From Rhodoglobus sp. (GTDB lineage Bacteria; Actinomycetota; Actinomycetes; Actinomycetales; Microbacteriaceae), in the NCBI GenBank assembly GCA_965279605.1, contig CBDIIE010000014.1, positions 95,165 through 159,164 of the forward strand: a stretch of 64,000 bases of DNA, written 5' to 3'. This document shows positions 49,374 through 58,936 of the stretch, in pieces (within the stretch, counting starts at the first letter, position 1; every line of letters begins with the position of its first letter). The translations under genes and the position numbers were made by a program. The notes beneath the pieces were generated by a model that ran no database searches, was not told the DNA's origin, and saw only the letters and a list, made by a program, of their open reading frames with translations.

Positions 49374-49991
49374 TTAGCCATCCAGCGTATCTGATTCCGC
49401 GCCGACCGGGACCCGGGGAATTCTCGCAAGACGAACCGTTTCAGAGAGGTAGATGACTCCGGCCCACCAGTACAGGAACGCGCCCCACAGGGCAAACGCC
49501 CAGCCGACGGGGTCGGTCACCCATGCGAGAGCCGGGAAGGCCTGGCCCAACATCAGAATGGGCAACGCGTAAAACAGGCAGAGGGTGGCGACCTTGCCAA
49601 GGTGGTGCACGGGCAGCGGGCCAAAGCCGTGATTGGCGAGCACAATTCCGAGAATCAGGAGCAGTGCATCCCGTCCGACGATGACCACAAAAAGCCACCA
49701 CGGGATGACCTCGCGCACGGCCAGCCCGATCAGCGCGGCGAAGATAAACAGACGGTCCGCAGCAGGATCGAGGAGTTGACCGAGCCGAGAAATCTGCTTG
49801 AAGGTGCGGGCGATCAACCCATCCAGAAAGTCGGTAACGCTCGAAATCACGAGGACAAGCAGGGCCAGCGCATCATTGCCATCGATGATGAGATACAGGA
49901 ACACCGGAACCAGAGCTAGCCGCAGGAAGCTCAGGAGGTTGGGCACGGTGAGGACCCTGCTGCTTACCTCGCCCGCTCTGACTGCTCCCAC
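49374..49991 (-). CDS. CDP-alcohol phosphatidyltransferase (PgsA2-like)
   Basis: TVPNLLSFLR, DFLDGLIAR...GQLLDPAAD motif. Confidence 0.9.
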   Translation of the reverse strand: MGAVRAGEVSSRVLTVPNLLSFLRLALVPVFLYLIIDGNDALALLVLVISSVTDFLDGLIARTFKQISRLGQLLDPAADRLFIFAALIGLAVREVIPWWLFVVIVGRDALLLILGIVLANHGFGPLPVHHLGKVATLCLFYALPILMLGQAFPALAWVTDPVGWAFALWGAFLYWWAGVIYLSETVRLARIPRVPVGAESDTLDG

Positions 49992-50047
49992 GAGCCATGA
50001 GTCTAGCGAGGCTCCCCCGCGGGCGCAGTGGTCGATAGGATGCGGGA

Positions 50048-50860
50048 ATGACTCCTCTTGTTGCCGTCCTCATCATTGCCGCTGTGGTGTGCGCGTTTAC
50101 CTGGATCACGTCGCTGATCACCAAGGAGCACTCCTGGGTGGACCGGCTGTGGTCCATCGTTCCCGTTGTGTATGTCTGGGTGTTTGCCGGCTTCGCTGGG
50201 TTCGCGGATGCGCGCCTCAACGTGATGGCCGTGCTAGTCACGCTGTGGGGCGCACGCCTGACCTACAACTTCGCGCGCAAGGGCGGGTACTCGGGCACCG
50301 AGGACTACCGCTGGCCAATTCTTCGTGCCCGCATGAAGCCGTGGCAGTTCGAGATCTTCAACCTGTTCTTTATCGTGTTGTACCAGAACGCGATTCTTGT
50401 CTTGATCACGCTCCCTGCGCTGACGGCCTACAACAACCGCGAGACTCCCTTTGGCCTGCTTGACGCGGCCGTTGCCGTACTGTTCCTGCTTCTGCTCGTA
50501 GGCGAGACGATTGCGGACCAGCAGCAGTGGAACTTCCACGCGGCCAAGCGTGCTGGCGGCCCGGACTTCCGCCCCCGTTTCCTGCAGTCGGGTCTCTGGA
50601 AGTTCTCGCGCCACCCGAACTTCTTCTTCGAGCAGGCCCAGTGGTGGGCACTGTTCCTGTTCGGTGCGATCGCCGCAGGGTCTCTCCTGCAGTGGACGGT
50701 CCTCGGTGCCGCACTCCTCACGGGTCTCTTTATTGGTTCGACGGTGTTCACGGAGTCGATCACCAAGTCCAAGTACCCGGAGTACGCCGACTATCAGGCC
50801 ACGACCTCCGCGATCATCCCGTGGCCGCCGCGTCGTGCGGCAGCACGCGTCACGGCGTGA
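50048..50860 (+). CDS. DUF1295 membrane protein (steroid 5-alpha-reductase-like)
   Basis: SWVDRLWS, WGARLTYN, EDYRW, ETIADQQQW, SRHPNFF. Confidence 0.88.
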   Translation: MTPLVAVLIIAAVVCAFTWITSLITKEHSWVDRLWSIVPVVYVWVFAGFAGFADARLNVMAVLVTLWGARLTYNFARKGGYSGTEDYRWPILRARMKPWQFEIFNLFFIVLYQNAILVLITLPALTAYNNRETPFGLLDAAVAVLFLLLLVGETIADQQQWNFHAAKRAGGPDFRPRFLQSGLWKFSRHPNFFFEQAQWWALFLFGAIAAGSLLQWTVLGAALLTGLFIGSTVFTESITKSKYPEYADYQATTSAIIPWPPRRAAARVTA

Positions 50861-50909
50861 GCCGAGTGTCCTTCGCACGAAGTGTGTGAGCGCCAGCTAG
50901 CGTTACGCC

Positions 50910-51353
50910 ATGTCGTGCATCCGCTTTAACACGCCAGCCCAGCGCGCCCAGCTTCGAGCCATGGCGCCGGCCATGCTCACGCCCGAGCAGGCGGCAGCGC
51001 TCCACCCGGCGCCCGAAATGACCGAGTCGAAGATTGCCAGGCTTCGCCTGCTCGCCGCAGACCCGAACCCGAAGATCAGGGAGCGTGCAGCACTGGACAC
51101 CCACCTCCCGGAGGATGTCTTCGTAACCCTTGCCCGAGATCCCGACGCCGAGGTGCGTTCGTGCGTGGCTCGCAACGAGTCGACTCCCTGCGACGTGCTT
51201 CGTTCGCTCGTTGATGACCCGTCGGAGCGCGTACGCGGCTTCCTCGCCGTGAACTTCTTTGTTCCCCTCGATGCCATGGAACGTCTCGCGGAGGACAGCA
51301 GCACCGTGGTTCGTGACCTCGTGCGCTGGAAGTCTGAACTCGCCAACGCCTGA
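50910..51353 (+). CDS. LRV/HEAT-like repeat protein
   Basis: About four 24-aa repeats of type LAxDPxxxVRxxVAxN; TAGCGT-N6-ATG leaderless start. Confidence 0.7.
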   Translation: MSCIRFNTPAQRAQLRAMAPAMLTPEQAAALHPAPEMTESKIARLRLLAADPNPKIRERAALDTHLPEDVFVTLARDPDAEVRSCVARNESTPCDVLRSLVDDPSERVRGFLAVNFFVPLDAMERLAEDSSTVVRDLVRWKSELANA

Positions 51354-51386
51354 GTCACACCAGTCACACCATTCACATTCGTCACG
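51354..51386 (+). promoter_or_regulatory. Four GTCACA-like direct repeats at 9-bp period (candidate MtrA operator)
   Basis: GTCACAC 51354, GTCACAC 51363, TTCACAT 51372, GTCACGG 51381; TACCCT -10 at 51395. Confidence 0.6.
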
Positions 51387-51407
51387 GGACTGTCTACCCT
51401 TGGTGAC

Positions 51408-52538
51408 ATGGGTACACGAGGATGGCGACTTGTCGCGCTCGGCGGCGCCGCGACGCTCGTCGCGGCCCTGGGTGTGACCCTTCCCGCCAGCGCCGTGGAC
51501 TACCCCAGCTGGGATGACGTTGAGGCCGCTCGAGGAAATGAGGCAGCGACGGCCGCGACCATCGCGACGATCGACACGTTGCTTGATGGCCTTCAGGCCG
51601 AGTCGGCACGGCTCGGCGATGCCGCCGTCGCCGCCGCGGCGGAGGCGAGTGCCGCCCGCGCGGCCCTCGAGCGGGCTCAATCGTCGTCGGAGAACCTCAC
51701 CCGCCAGGCCAGCACCGCTGCGGCGGATGCTCGGCGGTCCGCGCAGCAGGCGAGCGCCCTTGCGGCCGCGCTGTACCGCGCTGGCGGATCCGACCTCACC
51801 GCAACCCTTCTGGTCTCGAGCGAGAGCGACTCGGATGACCTGCTCGCCCGGTTGGGAACAATAGATCGGCTCGGCGAGCAGGTCGGCCTCGCGTTCGATC
51901 GCGCCGAGCAGGACCACAACGTAGCCCAGGCGCTTGCGGATCAGGCTGGGGTCGCCCGCGATGAACGCGACCGATTGTCGGGAATCGCGGACGACGCGCT
52001 TGCCGCCGCTGAAGCTGCAGTCGCTGCAGCGGACGCCGCTGTCGCTGAGCAGCAAGCACGCCTCACCCAGCTCTACGAGCAGCTAGCCCTGCTCAAGGAC
52101 ACCTCGGTGTACCTCGAGCAGCAGTACCGGATCGGCCTTGAGTCACAAGGCGGCGGCAACAGCGGCGGCAATAACAGCGGTGGCGGCGGAAGTTCCGACG
52201 GCGGCTTCGTTGTTCCCGGCAGCGAGGTGAACAATGTGGCAGCGGCCCAGTACTTTGCCATGGTCCAACTCGCGAGCATGGGGTACGGCTCAGACCAAGG
52301 CAACTGCCTCATCTGGCTCTGGAACCGGGAGTCCGGCTGGCGCACCAATGCCTACAACGCCTCGAGTGGCGCGTACGGCATCCCCCAGGCCCTGCCCGGC
52401 AGCAAGATGGCCAACTACGCTGCCGACTGGCGCACCAACTACGAGACGCAGGTGATGTGGGGTCTCATCTACATCTCGGGCCGGTACGGCACCCCTTGTG
52501 CGGCATGGGCTCACTCCGAATCCGTCGGGTGGTACTAG
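51408..52538 (+). CDS. Secreted coiled-coil protein with a C-terminal lytic transglycosylase (SLT-like) domain
   Basis: Signal peptide (…PASA), long Ala-rich coiled coil, Gly linker, LWNRESGW...AYGIPQALPGSKM...YISGRYGTPC. Confidence 0.85.
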   Translation: MGTRGWRLVALGGAATLVAALGVTLPASAVDYPSWDDVEAARGNEAATAATIATIDTLLDGLQAESARLGDAAVAAAAEASAARAALERAQSSSENLTRQASTAAADARRSAQQASALAAALYRAGGSDLTATLLVSSESDSDDLLARLGTIDRLGEQVGLAFDRAEQDHNVAQALADQAGVARDERDRLSGIADDALAAAEAAVAAADAAVAEQQARLTQLYEQLALLKDTSVYLEQQYRIGLESQGGGNSGGNNSGGGGSSDGGFVVPGSEVNNVAAAQYFAMVQLASMGYGSDQGNCLIWLWNRESGWRTNAYNASSGAYGIPQALPGSKMANYAADWRTNYETQVMWGLIYISGRYGTPCAAWAHSESVGWY

Positions 52539-52906
52539 TGGCCGAGGCAAGCGCCAGGGTTGACAGTTGGTTGTGGGCAATTCGTGTGTACAAGTCGCGG
52601 TCGGCCGCAACGACGGCATGCCGCGCTGGACACGTGAAGGTTAACGGTGACCGCGCCAAGGCCGCGCAGCCGATCAAGCCGGGCGACGAGGTGCGTGTGC
52701 GCATCTCCGGGTTCGACCGGGTGCTGGTGGTGACCCAGCCGATCGTGAAACGAGTCGCAGCGACCGTCGCGGCCGCGGCCTACGTTGATAACTCACCACC
52801 GCTACCGACACCCGAGGAGATTGCGCTCGCCCCTCGACGAGACCGAGGGGCCGGCCGACCCACCAAGCGCGAGCGCCGCGAGATCGACCAGCTCCGCGGT
52901 CGCTGA
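52538..52906 (+). CDS. hslR: RNA-binding S4 domain protein (Hsp15-like)
   Basis: RVDSWLWAIRVYKSRS, GHVKVNG, GAGRPTKRERR. Confidence 0.88.
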   Translation: MAEASARVDSWLWAIRVYKSRSAATTACRAGHVKVNGDRAKAAQPIKPGDEVRVRISGFDRVLVVTQPIVKRVAATVAAAAYVDNSPPLPTPEEIALAPRRDRGAGRPTKRERREIDQLRGR

Positions 52907-52907
52907 T

Positions 52908-54443
52908 CTAGGCGTCGGACTTCGGGGCCTGCTTGGGCGTTGCCGCCCGGCGCGACGTGGGTGCCGGAGCAGCAATGCCCTCGCCGATGGCCTGGCCGGT
53001 CGCGCGGCCCGTCACGATCTCCGAGACGTCGATCCCCACCAGATCCTTGAGGATCTGGGTCACCGTCGTGAGCTGGGTCGCAACGTTCTGCCCGACCTGC
53101 TCGGTGCCCTTGCCGTCGCTCGAGATCACGGTCATGTTCGAGATGGAGCTCAGCGGCTCGGATGCGGCACGCACGATCTCGGGAAGCTGGTCGATGATCT
53201 GCTGGCGCAGCAGGTCACCGGCTCGCTCGGCGAGAGCCTCGGCCTTGAGCTTGGTTGCCTCGGCCTCGGCGTTACCACGCACACGAATTGCCACGGCCTC
53301 CGCCTCTCCCTCGGCCTGGAGAGCCTCGGACGCGGCGATGCGGCGGTTCTTCTCGGCGACACCTTCGGCCTCCAGAGCCTCGGCCGCGCTTCGACGGCGA
53401 TTGCGCTCGGCGATACCCTCGGCCTCGATCGCCTCCGCAGCCGAGCGACGAGCATCACGCTCGGCGTTGGCGTTCGCGACATTGGCGACGGCGTCGGCCT
53501 GGGCCTTCTTCTCGATTGCGTAGGCCTCGGCATCCGCGACGGCGCGAATCTCCGCGTCGAGCTCCTGCTTGCGCAGCCCCACGCGCTTGCCCGCGGTGAT
53601 CTCCTGCTGGGAAACAACTTCTTGTTGGGCGATCGCCTCCGCGAGAGGAGCGGCGGCAGCGGCCTCGGCGCGCGCCTTGTCGGTCTCCTTCTGGATCTCC
53701 GCGTTGCGCAGGTCGAGTTTGCGCTGCGATTCGGCCACGGCCTGGTCGGCCGCGATGCGCGCTTCTTCTGATGCTTGGCGGGCGACGGACTCGGCAATCT
53801 CGGCTACCTGCTTGACGCGCGCGGCCTCGGCACGACCGAGGTCCTTGATGTACCCATTGTCGTCGTCGATTTCCTTGATCTGCAGAGTGTCAATGGTGAG
53901 ACCCTGCACGTCGAGGGACTCCCGAACCGCCTCGAGCACCTGGCCCTGCAGCGCGCTGCGGTTGGTGATGATCTCGGTCACCGTCAGCTGACCCACGATC
54001 GAGCGGACGGAACCACTCAGCACCTCCTCGGTCGAGGTCTCGATCTGATCCTGCTGGTTAAGGAATCGCTGGGCGGCGGCGCGCACCATTGACTCCGACC
54101 CGCCCACCTTGACGACCGCGACGGCATTGACCCGAATGGTGATCGCGTCGCGCGTTTGTGCGGTGGCCTGGACGTTGAGCTGGCGGCTACGAAGGCTGAG
54201 CTTAAAGTAGGCCTCGACGATGGGCTTCACAAACACGCGCGAGCCGAAGACGACCCGCTGTCCGGCGTTCTCGGTCTCGACCGCGCCCTTGGCCGTCTTC
54301 TGCCGCGAGGTGACGATGATCGCCTCGTCGGGCTTGGCAACCTTGATGCTACGCAGCAGAACAACGAGCACCACGATGACAACGAGGATGCCGACGCCCC
54401 ACGCTACGAGGGAGGTCAACGGGTCAAGAATGAACGAGAACAT
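52908..54443 (-). CDS. Flotillin (SPFH domain) protein
   Basis: N-terminal TM, SPFH core (LSGSVRSIVGQLTV, LQIKEIDD, DLGRAE), EA-rich coiled coil. Confidence 0.9.
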   Translation of the reverse strand: MFSFILDPLTSLVAWGVGILVVIVVLVVLLRSIKVAKPDEAIIVTSRQKTAKGAVETENAGQRVVFGSRVFVKPIVEAYFKLSLRSRQLNVQATAQTRDAITIRVNAVAVVKVGGSESMVRAAAQRFLNQQDQIETSTEEVLSGSVRSIVGQLTVTEIITNRSALQGQVLEAVRESLDVQGLTIDTLQIKEIDDDNGYIKDLGRAEAARVKQVAEIAESVARQASEEARIAADQAVAESQRKLDLRNAEIQKETDKARAEAAAAAPLAEAIAQQEVVSQQEITAGKRVGLRKQELDAEIRAVADAEAYAIEKKAQADAVANVANANAERDARRSAAEAIEAEGIAERNRRRSAAEALEAEGVAEKNRRIAASEALQAEGEAEAVAIRVRGNAEAEATKLKAEALAERAGDLLRQQIIDQLPEIVRAASEPLSSISNMTVISSDGKGTEQVGQNVATQLTTVTQILKDLVGIDVSEIVTGRATGQAIGEGIAAPAPTSRRAATPKQAPKSDA

Positions 54444-54476
54444 GCCTCAAGACTATGGGGCGCTCGGTCGTGCCGC

Positions 54477-55154
54477 CTACTCCTTGATGATGGGCTTGCG
54501 CCGCGAGACCCAGATCACACCCGCCGCCACCAGACCGATCGACGCGGCGATGAGGATGATGTAAAACGCCACCGACAGGTACCCGTTGTGCGAGGTGTAC
54601 GGGTTGAGGAACGGGTAGGGGTACCAGTACGTCGCCCCAGTCAATTCGTTCGGCGTGAACGGACCCCGAACCATGGTGTAAACCACCCAGACGATGGGGA
54701 AGATCAGGATCTTCCAGAGCTGGTTCCACTCGAGTGAGCTGCGACCGGGGGTGAACAGCCAGTCGAGCAGCATGGCGATGGGGATTGCGACGTGCAGGAT
54801 CTCGTTGGACCACTCGAGAGTCGCACCCTGTGGCAACTCGATTCCCCGCAGCAACAGGTTGTAGACGATACCCGTGATGATCATGTAGGTCGCCACGGAT
54901 CCGCGGAACAGGTTGTACCACGCGGGGTCCGCTCCCTTGCGCGCAAACAAGAAGTACGCGCCGACGAGGAAGACCACGATCGCACCGACGTTGGAGAGGA
55001 TCGTAAAGAAGCTGAAGAAGTTCACGAGCGCGAGCGGAATGTTCGTCACGTCGTTTTTTAACCAGTAGGTAAGGCTCGTATCGAGCTGCCCCACGATGGC
55101 GGCTATTCCCGCGCCAGCTGCGGCAAGGCGGAAGACGGCGAACGCGATTCTCAT
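54477..55154 (-). CDS. Pr6Pr family (FAR-17a/AIG1-like) membrane protein
   Basis: FFSFFTILSN, ITGIVYNLLL, ILHVAIP, RGP...WYPYPFLNP. Confidence 0.85.
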   Translation of the reverse strand: MRIAFAVFRLAAAGAGIAAIVGQLDTSLTYWLKNDVTNIPLALVNFFSFFTILSNVGAIVVFLVGAYFLFARKGADPAWYNLFRGSVATYMIITGIVYNLLLRGIELPQGATLEWSNEILHVAIPIAMLLDWLFTPGRSSLEWNQLWKILIFPIVWVVYTMVRGPFTPNELTGATYWYPYPFLNPYTSHNGYLSVAFYIILIAASIGLVAAGVIWVSRRKPIIKE

Positions 55155-55236
55155 GGGTACCTCTCGGTGCGGACGGGAACAGTGGTCACATGCTAGCGGC
55201 AGGGCGGAATCCCGCGCGAGACGCGCGACAAGAGGC

Positions 55237-57648
55237 CTAGTTCGTGTCGTTGAGAGGTGCGTCGGCCGACTTTCTTCTCGTGACGTGCGCGTGCACGCCG
55301 TGAATCGCCGCGATGGCGGCAATCGTGGCCGCCGTGACCAGGCCAACCACCAGCGTGACGGGCCCAGACAGCGGAACAAGAAGGAGGAAGTCCCGAGCGA
55401 AGGGGACCGAGAACACCAAGACCAGCCCCACGATCATCGCGGCGACGATGGCACCCTTGATCCAGGTGAACGGTGTTGACCTCGACACCAGAACGGCAAG
55501 CCCGATAAGGGCCAGGGCGAGGGTGGTGCCCGTTCGTTCCTCCTCGATGCTGACCCCGAGCCCGCGCGACACCACCGCGATCACCGTGATGCCAATCGCG
55601 ATCACGATGCCGGCAGGGATCGCAAAAGACAGGGACCGCCGAAGGAAGCCGGGTTCGTACCGACGGGCGTTGGGAAGCAGCGCAAGGAAGAACGCCGGGA
55701 TCCCGATGGTCAAGCCGTCGGTCACGGAGAGCTGGCGGGGCAGGAACGGGAACTCGATCATCAGCACACCGAACGCGAGCGCGAGTGCGACCGCGTAGGC
55801 CGTCTTCGAGAGGAAGAGCATCGACACGCGCTCGACGTTGGCGATCACCTGGCGACCCTCCGCCACCACTCCGGGGAGGTGAGAGAACTTGCCGTCGAGC
55901 AGGATGAGCCGCGCGACCGCCTTGGTCGCCGCCGAACCGGACTCCATCGCAATGCCGATGTCCGCATCCTTGATGGCGAGGGCATCGTTGACGCCGTCGC
56001 CCGTCATCGCGACAGTGTGTCCCGCGGCCTTGAGCGAGAGCACAATCGCACGTTTTTGCTCGGGGGTGACGCGACCGAACACCTGGTTGTTCTCGAGGAC
56101 CGTCGCGAGCTCTTCTTCGTCCTCCGGGAGACTTCGAGCGTCGTAGCCCGCGTGATTCTTGATGCCCACCTCGCGGGCGATGGCGGAGACCGTGTGTGGG
56201 CTGTCGCCTGAGATGATGCGGACATCAACCCCTTGGGCCGCGAAATAGTCCAGCGTCTCCTTCGCATCGGGCCGAATGTGCTCGCGGAACGTCAACAGCG
56301 CGATCGGAACAAGCCCGTCGGGGCGTTTCTCGTCCTCGGCATCCTGGGCGGAGATCTCGCCCGGAGCCTGGGCGAGGACGAGCGTGCGCATCCCCGACCC
56401 CGCGAGCTCGGCCGCCCGCGCGAGGAGCGGTTCTTGGGTGCGATCGTCGCCGAAGACCATCTCCGGGCCGCCCAGAACCCACGTGCCCGATGGCCCCGTT
56501 GAGAACGAGACGGCACTCCACTTGCGAGCCGAGGAGAACGGGATGCGCTCACTCGCCGTGAACTCGGTATCCACGGGAAAACTGGGAACCAGGCAGCGAG
56601 CCGTTGCATTGGCATCGGGCTCTGCTCCGCTCCACGCCAGGACGTCACGCCAGTCGTCGTTCTCCGTCTCGATGAGGGGATGGACCTTGTCGAAGATGAT
56701 GTCGCCCGCGGTTAGGGTGCCGGTCTTGTCGAGGCAAATGATGTCAACGCGAGCCAACCCTTCGACCGCGGCGAGCTCCTGCACCAGGACCTTGCGTGAC
56801 GACAGCTTGACCGCGCCCACGGCGAAGGCGATGCTCGTCATGAGTACCAGGCCCAAGGGGATCATGGACACGACCGAGGCGACAGTGTCGACCGCGGCCT
56901 GGCGCCACTCCCCCGTCTCGAGTGCGTCCGCCCATCCGCCGGCGGCAACCATCTGGGCGTTCAAGACCAGAAGCGTCAGGGGGCCAATCGCCCACGTGAT
57001 CCACCGAAGCACACGATCGATGGCAGAACGGAGTTCCGACGTCACGAGCGAGAACCGCTTCGCCTCGCTGGCAAGCTGATTCGCGAACGACTCGGCACCG
57101 ACTCGGTCGACCCGTGCCGCCCCCTCGCCTGCCACCACCACCGAGCCGGACAGCAGACGATCGCCAGGGAGCTTGTCCACGGGATCAGACTCCCCCGTCA
57201 ACAGGGACTCATCGAGCTGAAGGCGGCTCGAACTCACCACGATGGCGTCGGCCGTCACCTGGTCACCTGCTCGCAGCTCAAGTAGGTCGTCAAGCACCAC
57301 GTCGCCGACAGCGACCTGCTGCTCCTCTCCGTCGCGGCGAACCCGTGCCAGCGGGGCGCTCAGGAGGGCAAGCTTGTCGAGCGACCGTTTGGCGCGGTAC
57401 TCCTGCACCGTGCCAATGATCGCGTTGGCCAGCGCACTCAGACCAAACAGAGCGTCTTGCCAGCGCCCCAGGACGAGCAGTGCGACAAAGCAGCCCGCGA
57501 TGATTCCATTGAATAGCGTGAGCACGTTGGCCCGCAGGATGCTAGCCATACTGCGACTAGATGGAGGAACGTAGTCATTCGTTCGGCCGTCCGCGCGGCG
57601 CTCGGCAACCTCCGCCGAGGTGAGTCCCGTGCCCTCCCCCGTCAGCAT
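55237..57648 (-). CDS. P-type ATPase, CtpE-like, with an atypical TM4 motif
   Basis: LTGES, DKTGT, SGD, TGDGVND motifs; TM4 reads IPLGL rather than PEGL. Confidence 0.92.
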   Translation of the reverse strand: MLTGEGTGLTSAEVAERRADGRTNDYVPPSSRSMASILRANVLTLFNGIIAGCFVALLVLGRWQDALFGLSALANAIIGTVQEYRAKRSLDKLALLSAPLARVRRDGEEQQVAVGDVVLDDLLELRAGDQVTADAIVVSSSRLQLDESLLTGESDPVDKLPGDRLLSGSVVVAGEGAARVDRVGAESFANQLASEAKRFSLVTSELRSAIDRVLRWITWAIGPLTLLVLNAQMVAAGGWADALETGEWRQAAVDTVASVVSMIPLGLVLMTSIAFAVGAVKLSSRKVLVQELAAVEGLARVDIICLDKTGTLTAGDIIFDKVHPLIETENDDWRDVLAWSGAEPDANATARCLVPSFPVDTEFTASERIPFSSARKWSAVSFSTGPSGTWVLGGPEMVFGDDRTQEPLLARAAELAGSGMRTLVLAQAPGEISAQDAEDEKRPDGLVPIALLTFREHIRPDAKETLDYFAAQGVDVRIISGDSPHTVSAIAREVGIKNHAGYDARSLPEDEEELATVLENNQVFGRVTPEQKRAIVLSLKAAGHTVAMTGDGVNDALAIKDADIGIAMESGSAATKAVARLILLDGKFSHLPGVVAEGRQVIANVERVSMLFLSKTAYAVALALAFGVLMIEFPFLPRQLSVTDGLTIGIPAFFLALLPNARRYEPGFLRRSLSFAIPAGIVIAIGITVIAVVSRGLGVSIEEERTGTTLALALIGLAVLVSRSTPFTWIKGAIVAAMIVGLVLVFSVPFARDFLLLVPLSGPVTLVVGLVTAATIAAIAAIHGVHAHVTRRKSADAPLNDTN

Positions 57649-57676
57649 GGCTTGATCCTAACGAAAGCGAATCAGG

Positions 57677-58879
57677 TTAGGCATCGGCCGCGGCAAGCTG
57701 CCCACACGCCCCGTCGATGTCCTTGCCGCGCGTGTCGCGCAGGGTCGTGGGGATGCCCGCATCCTCGATGCGACGCACGAACTCGCGCATGACGTCCGGC
57801 TCGGATGACGTCCAGATCGATCCAGGGGTGGGGTTGAGCGGGATGGGATTCACGTGGACCCAGCCTCGACCCCGCTCGTTGAGCTTGGCGGCGAGCAGGT
57901 CCGCTCGCCACGCGTGGTCGTTCATGTCCTTGATGAGCGCGTACTCGATCGAGACGCGTCGACCGGTGGCATCGAAGTACGCGCGCGCCGCGTCGAGGGC
58001 CTCGTCGACCTTCCAGCGCGAGTTGACCGGAATGAGTTCGTCCCTCAGCTCGTCATCCGGCGCGTGGAGCGACAGGGCGAACGTGACCGGGATCTTCTCT
58101 TCGGCTAGCTTGAGGATCGCAGGCACCAGCCCCACCGTCGACACCGTGATGTGCCTCGCGGACATGCCCAAGCCATCCGGCTGCGGGGTGACCATGGACC
58201 GCACGGCCTCGAGCACACGGTTGTAGTTGGCCAGTGGCTCCCCCATGCCCATAAACACGATGTTGGTGACACGCTCGGGAGCCTCACCGGGCCGGGTGCG
58301 CCCACCGAGCTCGCCTCGCGCGATCGCGCGATTGGCACGCACCACCTGGTCAACAATCTCCGCGGTCGACATGTTGCGCGTGAGGCCCGCCTGACCGGTG
58401 GCACAGAACGGGCAGTTCATTCCGCAGCCGGCCTGGGATGACACGCACAGCGTGATACGGCCGGGGTAGCGCATCAGCACGGATTCGACGAGAGCACCGT
58501 CGTGAAGGCGCCACAGGAACTTGATCGTGTCGCCCTTGTCGGTCGCGATTCTGCGCACCTCGGTGAGCAGGGTGGGGAGCATCCCGCCAACGAGCTCCTC
58601 ACGGCCCGCTGCAGGGAGGTCGGTCATCTCGTCCGGCTGGTCGGTGTAGTGCGAGAAGTAGTGAGTAGAGAGTTGGGCGGCACGGAAAGCGGGCAACCCT
58701 AGCTCGGTGAGGCGCGCGCGGCGGTCAGCCGGGGCGATGTCCGCGAGATGGACGGGAGGCTTGCCGCGCTTCGGCGAGGCGAACTGGAGCGATGGGCGAC
58801 CGTCGGGCCCCATCTTCTGCTTCCAGCCCTCGGGGGTCGGCCGAACCTGTGGTCGCGCGTCCGAGGTCGAGTTGTTCAT
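57677..58879 (-). CDS. rlmN: 23S rRNA m2A2503 / tRNA A37 methyltransferase RlmN
   Basis: [15 protein letters not shown] radical SAM motif, [14 protein letters not shown]. Confidence 0.96.
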   Translation of the reverse strand: MNNSTSDARPQVRPTPEGWKQKMGPDGRPSLQFASPKRGKPPVHLADIAPADRRARLTELGLPAFRAAQLSTHYFSHYTDQPDEMTDLPAAGREELVGGMLPTLLTEVRRIATDKGDTIKFLWRLHDGALVESVLMRYPGRITLCVSSQAGCGMNCPFCATGQAGLTRNMSTAEIVDQVVRANRAIARGELGGRTRPGEAPERVTNIVFMGMGEPLANYNRVLEAVRSMVTPQPDGLGMSARHITVSTVGLVPAILKLAEEKIPVTFALSLHAPDDELRDELIPVNSRWKVDEALDAARAYFDATGRRVSIEYALIKDMNDHAWRADLLAAKLNERGRGWVHVNPIPLNPTPGSIWTSSEPDVMREFVRRIEDAGIPTTLRDTRGKDIDGACGQLAAADA

Positions 58880-58936
58880 ACCCTCAGGGTAACCGTCAGA
58901 TCAACCCCGCCAGGTCGCGCTCGAGTGCTGCCGTTC

